Positions 58,948 through 64,000 of a DNA stretch of 64,000 nucleotides are shown piece by piece. Each line of letters begins with the position of its first letter. Position 1 is the first letter of the stretch. Source of the DNA: Fimicolochytrium jonesii (lineage: Eukaryota). Under the pieces are notes generated by a model that was not told the origin of the DNA, ran no database searches, and worked only from the letters and a program-made list of their open reading frames with translations. The stretch lies in NCBI RefSeq assembly GCF_025526975.1, contig NW_026515687.1, positions 496,001 through 560,000 on the forward strand, written 5' to 3'. Both the position numbers and the translations under genes were made by a program.

Positions 58948-59658
58948 TTAAAAAAAGTCGTGAAACCCGTCTTTGTCGCAATACCGGTACATCGTTCGCG
59001 CATCATCCGCTGCCAAATTCACATATGCAAACGAATACGGCTCCTTTGTGCTTTCCGTTAGATACGATAGAACTTCTTTTTTTGTCTTGAACGCACTTGT
59101 CAATAATTTCGCCAAAGATTCCATATCCTCCGAATTATTCTTAAAGATTATAAACTCTGTTGTGTTGTTCTTCATCTTTCGAGTCAGTTGACCGCTCACG
59201 GATTGGATACACACCATGGTGGAGCAGAGAAAGTGGCGTCCTTTCGTATAAAGTTTAGACAACTCTTTGTTCAACTCCTTCCCTTGAGCATTGTCACCAG
59301 CATCGTCGATATACAACAGCAAGGACTTTCCGCTTTCCGCCAGCAACTTTTGATCTTCCAGAATCTCGGCTATCATTGTATTATTCACTTCGTCTGTGAA
59401 AAAGATGTTCCTGTGCTTAGTGCTCTGTGCCAATTGTTTTATGCTCTTATCGTACAAGACTGTATCTGACATTATTATCACTCTGTCAAACACTTTTGCA
59501 TAAACATCTTCGATCAATCCACATACAAGAGCGGATTTCCCACTTTTGCGCGGTGCGATAAGTGTACTACATATGGGAGGAGCCTGAATGTCGATCGGAA
59601 TGATTTTGTTTTGAACCTCGTTTTTCTTTGGGAAGATCGGTTTCGGTTTGTAAGACAT
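58948..59658 (-). CDS. A32-like (FtsK-HerA superfamily) DNA packaging ATPase
   Basis: Walker A APRKSGKS, Walker B LLLYIDD, arginine-finger motif LYTKGRHFLCSTMVCIQ. Length 236 aa, typical of Polinton/PLV/virophage ATPases. Confidence 0.93.
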   Translation of the reverse strand: MSYKPKPIFPKKNEVQNKIIPIDIQAPPICSTLIAPRKSGKSALVCGLIEDVYAKVFDRVIIMSDTVLYDKSIKQLAQSTKHRNIFFTDEVNNTMIAEILEDQKLLAESGKSLLLYIDDAGDNAQGKELNKELSKLYTKGRHFLCSTMVCIQSVSGQLTRKMKNNTTEFIIFKNNSEDMESLAKLLTSAFKTKKEVLSYLTESTKEPYSFAYVNLAADDARTMYRYCDKDGFHDFF

Positions 59659-59681
59659 TAATTCTCTTACCTTATTACTAA

Positions 59682-60404
59682 ATGTATTCAGAAATTTTAT
59701 ACTCTAGTGTCTCCCAACGTACATACAACATCCAACCTAGACGGATTGAGGCTTTCAAAATACTGAGCGTCTCATTTCTTCAAGATTGGGATCTGGTTGA
59801 AAATAACGTGAATGACACTATCGCATTCGCCCAACAAGGTTCTGATACCATCTTGTACGCAAAGATCCCAAATGGTAACTACTCGATCGTTGACTTCCCA
59901 AACGCTGTTTCCACCGCTATGAATAGCGCGGCTGGCTCTAATGTATACTCTGCTACAGTTCGATGGTGTTAGACGCAAGTTAACGGTAAATAGCAACTCT
60001 GTTCCTTTCAAGATACTTACCATGGCAATCGTGGATCGACAGCCTACATTCTTATGGGAATGTCCCGTCGAGCGGATATTGGATTCGGTTCCTCTCACGA
60101 GATGAAGAATCCTGTCAATTTAAGCGGTTCATATCCTGTCATTTTGACTTCCAACATTCAATGCAAAGGCACCCAGTATCTTACAGATTATAACGACAGC
60201 GCTCAATCAATCTGTTGCAGTATCGTACCTGATAGTTTTGGGGACATTGTACAATATGAAAATTCAGGCGAGTTTCTTCCCGTTGGACAGACCATATCTC
60301 AAGTCGAGTTTCATCTTATCAATTCCCTTACCGGAACAGAAGTATCATTGAATTCTCCTTTAAGTGTCAGATTCGCCATTCTTGACGATGCAGATGATCT
60401 TTGA
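59682..60404 (+). pseudogene. Minor capsid (penton, single jelly-roll)-like gene with two apparent frameshifts
   Basis: KIPNGNYSIVDFPNAVSTAMN and C-terminal ISQVEFHLINSLTGTEVSLNSPLSVRFAIL resemble PLV penton patterns. The bridge FDGVRRKLTVNSNSVPFKIL (about 59959-60018) lies in another frame. Confidence 0.7.
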
Positions 60405-60458
60405 CCGCACCTATGTTCCTCTTAAATATTTTGTTTTCTTTATAAAAACTCGTGTTAA

Positions 60459-60920
60459 ATGAGCGAAGATCCAAATCATTCGAGTGCCTCTGCCGATTCT
60501 CCTGCCAATACTGACACGGTACAAGAATCTGTACAAGATTCAATACCGGAGATTCGATCACCTTCACCAAAGCCAGAGTTAAAACCTAAAAAGCAAAGAA
60601 CACCCGCACAGGAAGCGGCTCTTAAGAAAGCCGTTGCCACACGGAAAAAAAACTTGCAAGAATTGTCCGCTATGAAGAAAAAGGAAAGCGAAGATAGAAA
60701 AATCCAAGAAGCGAAAGAACTTCTTGAAAAGGAGAAACTCGCAAAGAAATTGGCGAAAGAGGAAAAGGCTAAATCAAAGCCGCAAATATCACAAACCGCT
60801 AAACGTGCACGTTCAATCAAAGTTCCACCTAATGAACCGACTGCAATTCGGTCAAAACCAAGTCAAGAAACTGAATATGTTGAGTTTGACACTGACTACG
60901 ACGATGATGGCTACGACTGA
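60459..60920 (+). CDS. Lys/Glu-rich small protein, candidate virion core/DNA-binding protein
   Basis: 153 aa, PKKQRTPAQEAALKKAVATRKKN, located between the two capsid-like genes. Confidence 0.6.
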   Translation: MSEDPNHSSASADSPANTDTVQESVQDSIPEIRSPSPKPELKPKKQRTPAQEAALKKAVATRKKNLQELSAMKKKESEDRKIQEAKELLEKEKLAKKLAKEEKAKSKPQISQTAKRARSIKVPPNEPTAIRSKPSQETEYVEFDTDYDDDGYD

Positions 60921-60968
60921 TTACGGTGGAATTTATGGCTAATTTTTTTTTTGTACTTATTAGTAAAC

Positions 60969-62213
60969 ATGTCTGTACCTAACAACTGGCTGTTTGCTAC
61001 GAAAACTTTCTCCCGCCCGTACAGCGATCCCTAGAGGCGAAGGGAGTGGCTACTTTTTCGCCTTCGGGTCAAAATGTATATTCTACAAAAACGCGTCAGT
61101 TGACACCTATTAGAATCCAATGCGATTCCTAATTCTGTCTCGTTCATTTTACAAAAGTTGATTCTTTCGATGGACGTCACGGCTTTGAAGAATAATGCTC
61201 CTGTATCTGGATCTGGAATCGTTAATACCAAACTTGGTATCGAATCTATCATACAATCGCTCACAGTTAAAGCAGGTAACGAAACAGTGGTTCAGATCCC
61301 GAATTATCCTGCGTACCTTGTACAAACGTACAGAAATATGAGTAAAGGCTATAAACAACTACTTGGAAATCTGACCGGTTATGGTTCCACTGATATCTTC
61401 AGCGGAACCGCTACAGCCAGCGTTAGTATGCACCCAATGGTCTCATTTTTTCATCCGACAAACGATCAATTTTTGCCCGTGTGGGCACTCCCGAATCAGG
61501 CCATGACCATCGAGTTGGTACTTGCAGATCCCAATACAGTTTTCACAAGTGCTGGAGTAGTTGATGAACTTCAAATCAGCAACATTCGTTGCTTGATTCC
61601 GTATGTTACCCCACCTCCGAGTATCGTTGTTAATGCTACAAGAGCAATTGCTGATGGGAAGAGTATCTACTATGATTATGTTCGCGCCACTCAAACAGAA
61701 AATGCCTGTAGCGGTGGCTTGAGAAATACTTTCAACCTGCATATGTCTGGCGTTAGATCCCTTATCGGATTGGAAATGTCATTTATAGACGATGATGTGC
61801 TTGCAGATCAAACTAAGGACAAGTCACAATCATTCTCGTCTCAAAATCTAAGAGAATGGCGGCTCCAATTAGGTCCGAATGCAACAATCCCAAGCGGTCT
61901 AACTGGTTTTACTCATGGGCCTTATGATCGTCAAACGCTTCTTGTTTCCCAACTCAGCAACAACAACTTTGAGCAACTTGCTGATATGGACATTTCATTC
62001 AAAGATTATGATACCGCAAATTTCTCGTTTTCGTACGGTTTTGAAGACAAATCCGAAGGAAGCGGTGCTGCTTTATCATTCACCGGAACCGACTCCATAC
62101 TTCGAGTGCACACCGTACATGCATCGCCCGCACCTAGTCAACGAGTTAGACTTCTCAGCACTTACTTTGAAAATGTCACACTCGCGATCGGGGATGTAGT
62201 CAGTGTGATATAA
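60969..62213 (+). CDS. Major capsid protein-like (double jelly-roll), 5' part frameshifted
   Basis: About 410 codons, beta-strand rich: SIIQSLTVKAGNETVVQIPNY, FLPVWALPNQAMTIELVLA, LQISNIRCLIPYV, IYYDY, FSFSYGFE. The ATG 60969 frame stops at 61032; ATFSPSGQNVYST..IRIQ continues in another frame; main ORF 61158-62213. Context with ATPase and penton supports the call. Confidence 0.75.
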
Positions 62214-62278
62214 TTAGCATAACCTCCATCTCTATCAAGCAAGTCCCGAATTGTTTCAACGATTCAGATGGCACCTAG

Positions 62279-62395
62279 TTGTTCTCCGAAAGGTGACAAC
62301 GTGAAATAAGTTATACGACTTTTACACGTTGTCACCAATCGGAGAACAAGAATGTTCAGTTTGGAAAAAGACGGAAAAATAAATGACGCCTCCCC
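62279..62395 (+). repeat. Hairpin cassette copy 3
   Basis: ttgttctccgaaaggtgacaacgtg-aaataagttatacgactttta-cacgttgtcaccaatcggagaacaa (62279-62349), then ...gaaaaataaATGacgcctccc (ATG 62383). Confidence 0.92.
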
Positions 62396-62490
62396 CCTGT
62401 CAAAGCGCGTTTACGTAATATCGCCAACTACATTCCTTTGGAACCACCGATTTCCACAAGAATGTCCAAACATAAAAACTCTTCAACAAA

Positions 62491-64000
62491 ATGGCTCTCG
62501 CCATTCATGAAGCAAACATCGACCCAACTTATTTCATTATCAATCCTGATGTCGGAGACGGGTTCTTCAAGACCTGCATTGCTTTGCATCACATACTGGA
62601 TGCGAAATTATACAAGGTTTCGTATCCTGCAGCGGACGATTATTTGAAAGCGAGATGGAAACTTTCGAGAGCGGCCGGTTACAACTTTTCCCGCGCCGGA
62701 CGAATTATTATTCAAATGGGGAAAACACTCGGTCGGGACGAAATGCCCTGCGCTATCGGGCTTTATCTCATGTTGGATAAACTTCACAAAGAGCGAAATT
62801 TGACTCATGTTGAGATATGGAGAAAGGCGGTTCAATACTTTGGCTCTCGTCAAATGGTCATTGCGGTCAAAATGGATGAAATATTTGAAGACCTACCACC
62901 CGATTCCGCCATTGACCTTTCGGGCGAACCCGGTCTCCAGTTGGACGATACCACTCGCACAGAGATAGATGAAGAGATAGATGAAGATACAGAGATTGAA
63001 GATGTGATCGAAAATGAAAGGGATACGAACGAAGTAGATTGGAGTTCCCGATTAAGAAAGCGAAAAGAGGTTACTCAAGACACCTCAGACGAAGATGATT
63101 CGGAGACTACCAAACGACCGAATATTCCGATATCTACTGGATTTGGAAGATCCGAAAACGAGTATAATACGCCCCAATATCTGGTGAATCTGATCACCAA
63201 ATTTTGTGGCGAAATTGATCTTGATCCGTGCTGGAATCCCGAGTCAAAGATCATTGCAAAAACCGTATACGGTGAACAAGTCGACGGAACATTTGTCAAC
63301 GCTTTGACGTTGTCTGATTGGACAAAAAGCAATTGGGTTTATCTTAATGCACCTGGTGCTGCAATCGACGCTCTACAACATGGTCCGAAAACTTCTGCGA
63401 AAAGACCTTACCTCCATAACGACTTTTGGGAAAAGACAATGTTGGAAATGAAAAAGGGAAACATCAAACGGATCATTGCAATCATTCCGAATTGTCCATA
63501 CCGGAAATGGTGCAGGTTCGCCCTCGCACGGGGACTTTGTTGCCACCTTACGAGAAAAGTCCCGTGGGATAAAACGGCCGCTGCAAAGGTTCGAATGGAC
63601 GACATGCGATTTTCGGCAAAGAATTCACATATCTCGAACGATGTCTATTCACGCACGATCGTGTATATTGACTCGGATGCAGATTATCCACATACAGATA
63701 AATTCATCGAGGTCTTTCGAACCCATGGATTTATTCCCGGATTAAATACGCGCATACCAAGGATTCTGGAGATTTCCGAGAAAAGACCATTGCGGTACTT
63801 TTCTGCCTTTGCTGGAATCGGTGGTGCCGAAATGGCATTAAGAAATATCTTTCCCGAAGCCATTTGCGTTGGCTTTTGCGAGACAGATAAAGACGCTTTA
63901 AAAGTTTATGTTGAGCATCATCCTCGACATAAAAACTTTGGAGACATCACCAAAATCAAAACAAATACCATACCGGATTTTGACCTGTTAATCGGAGGTC
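62491..64000 (+). CDS. Fused DNA methyltransferase: phage-type adenine MTase-like domain plus C5-cytosine MTase, 3' end outside window
   Basis: Not in the ORF track; hand translation is open from ATG 62491 to the window end. EYNTPQYLV..IDLDPCWNP..WVYLNAPG (phage Dam-like), then RYFSAFAGIGGAE, CETDKDA, GDITKI, DLLIGG (C5 MTase motifs I-III and start of IV). Confidence 0.88.
   Translation, partial: MALAIHEANIDPTYFIINPDVGDGFFKTCIALHHILDAKLYKVSYPAADDYLKARWKLSRAAGYNFSRAGRIIIQMGKTLGRDEMPCAIGLYLMLDKLHKERNLTHVEIWRKAVQYFGSRQMVIAVKMDEIFEDLPPDSAIDLSGEPGLQLDDTTRTEIDEEIDEDTEIEDVIENERDTNEVDWSSRLRKRKEVTQDTSDEDDSETTKRPNIPISTGFGRSENEYNTPQYLVNLITKFCGEIDLDPCWNPESKIIAKTVYGEQVDGTFVNALTLSDWTKSNWVYLNAPGAAIDALQHGPKTSAKRPYLHNDFWEKTMLEMKKGNIKRIIAIIPNCPYRKWCRFALARGLCCHLTRKVPWDKTAAAKVRMDDMRFSAKNSHISNDVYSRTIVYIDSDADYPHTDKFIEVFRTHGFIPGLNTRIPRILEISEKRPLRYFSAFAGIGGAEMALRNIFPEAICVGFCETDKDALKVYVEHHPRHKNFGDITKIKTNTIPDFDLLIGG

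Larger units (their letters stand above)
52271..64000. mobile_element. Endogenous Polinton-like virus / Maverick-type element, right part outside window
   Basis: Shift to AT-richer, intronless, tightly packed ORFs. Co-located rve integrase with chromodomain, tyrosine recombinase, A32-type ATPase, penton-like and major-capsid-like genes, and DNA methyltransferase. The left boundary is inferred. Confidence 0.85.

Overview
Eukaryotic, intron-rich fungal DNA, most likely from a flagellated early-diverging fungus (chytrid). This is inferred from an ODF3/SHIPPO-type axonemal gene sitting among fungal-type RSP5 and CDC10. Positions 1-45.7 kb are ordinary gene-dense host sequence: ATR/Mec1 kinase (5'-truncated), an ODF3-like protein, membrane proteins, Rsp5 HECT ligase, mitochondrial L33, a divergent histone H4, a sacsin-like HATPase protein, tRNA-Gln(CUG), peptide deformylase, a chromodomain/Zn-finger protein, septin Cdc10 and an SH3 membrane protein. 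Positions 46-52.3 kb look subtelomeric, with broken LRR/F-box genes, a Mutator-like MITE and a decayed LTR-retrotransposon gag. The gag is cut at 52270 by three (TTAGGG)n tracts. Beyond them, to the window end, lies an AT-richer, intronless, compact module that I read as an endogenous Polinton-like/Maverick-type virus. It encodes a tyrosine recombinase, an rve integrase with chromodomain, an A32-type packaging ATPase, minor and major capsid-like genes (both frameshifted), a basic protein, and a fused adenine-type plus C5-cytosine DNA methyltransferase. It also carries three copies of a 71-bp hairpin cassette and a perfect 48-bp palindrome. The right end of the element is outside the window. 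All calls come from motif recognition by eye; no database searches were run.
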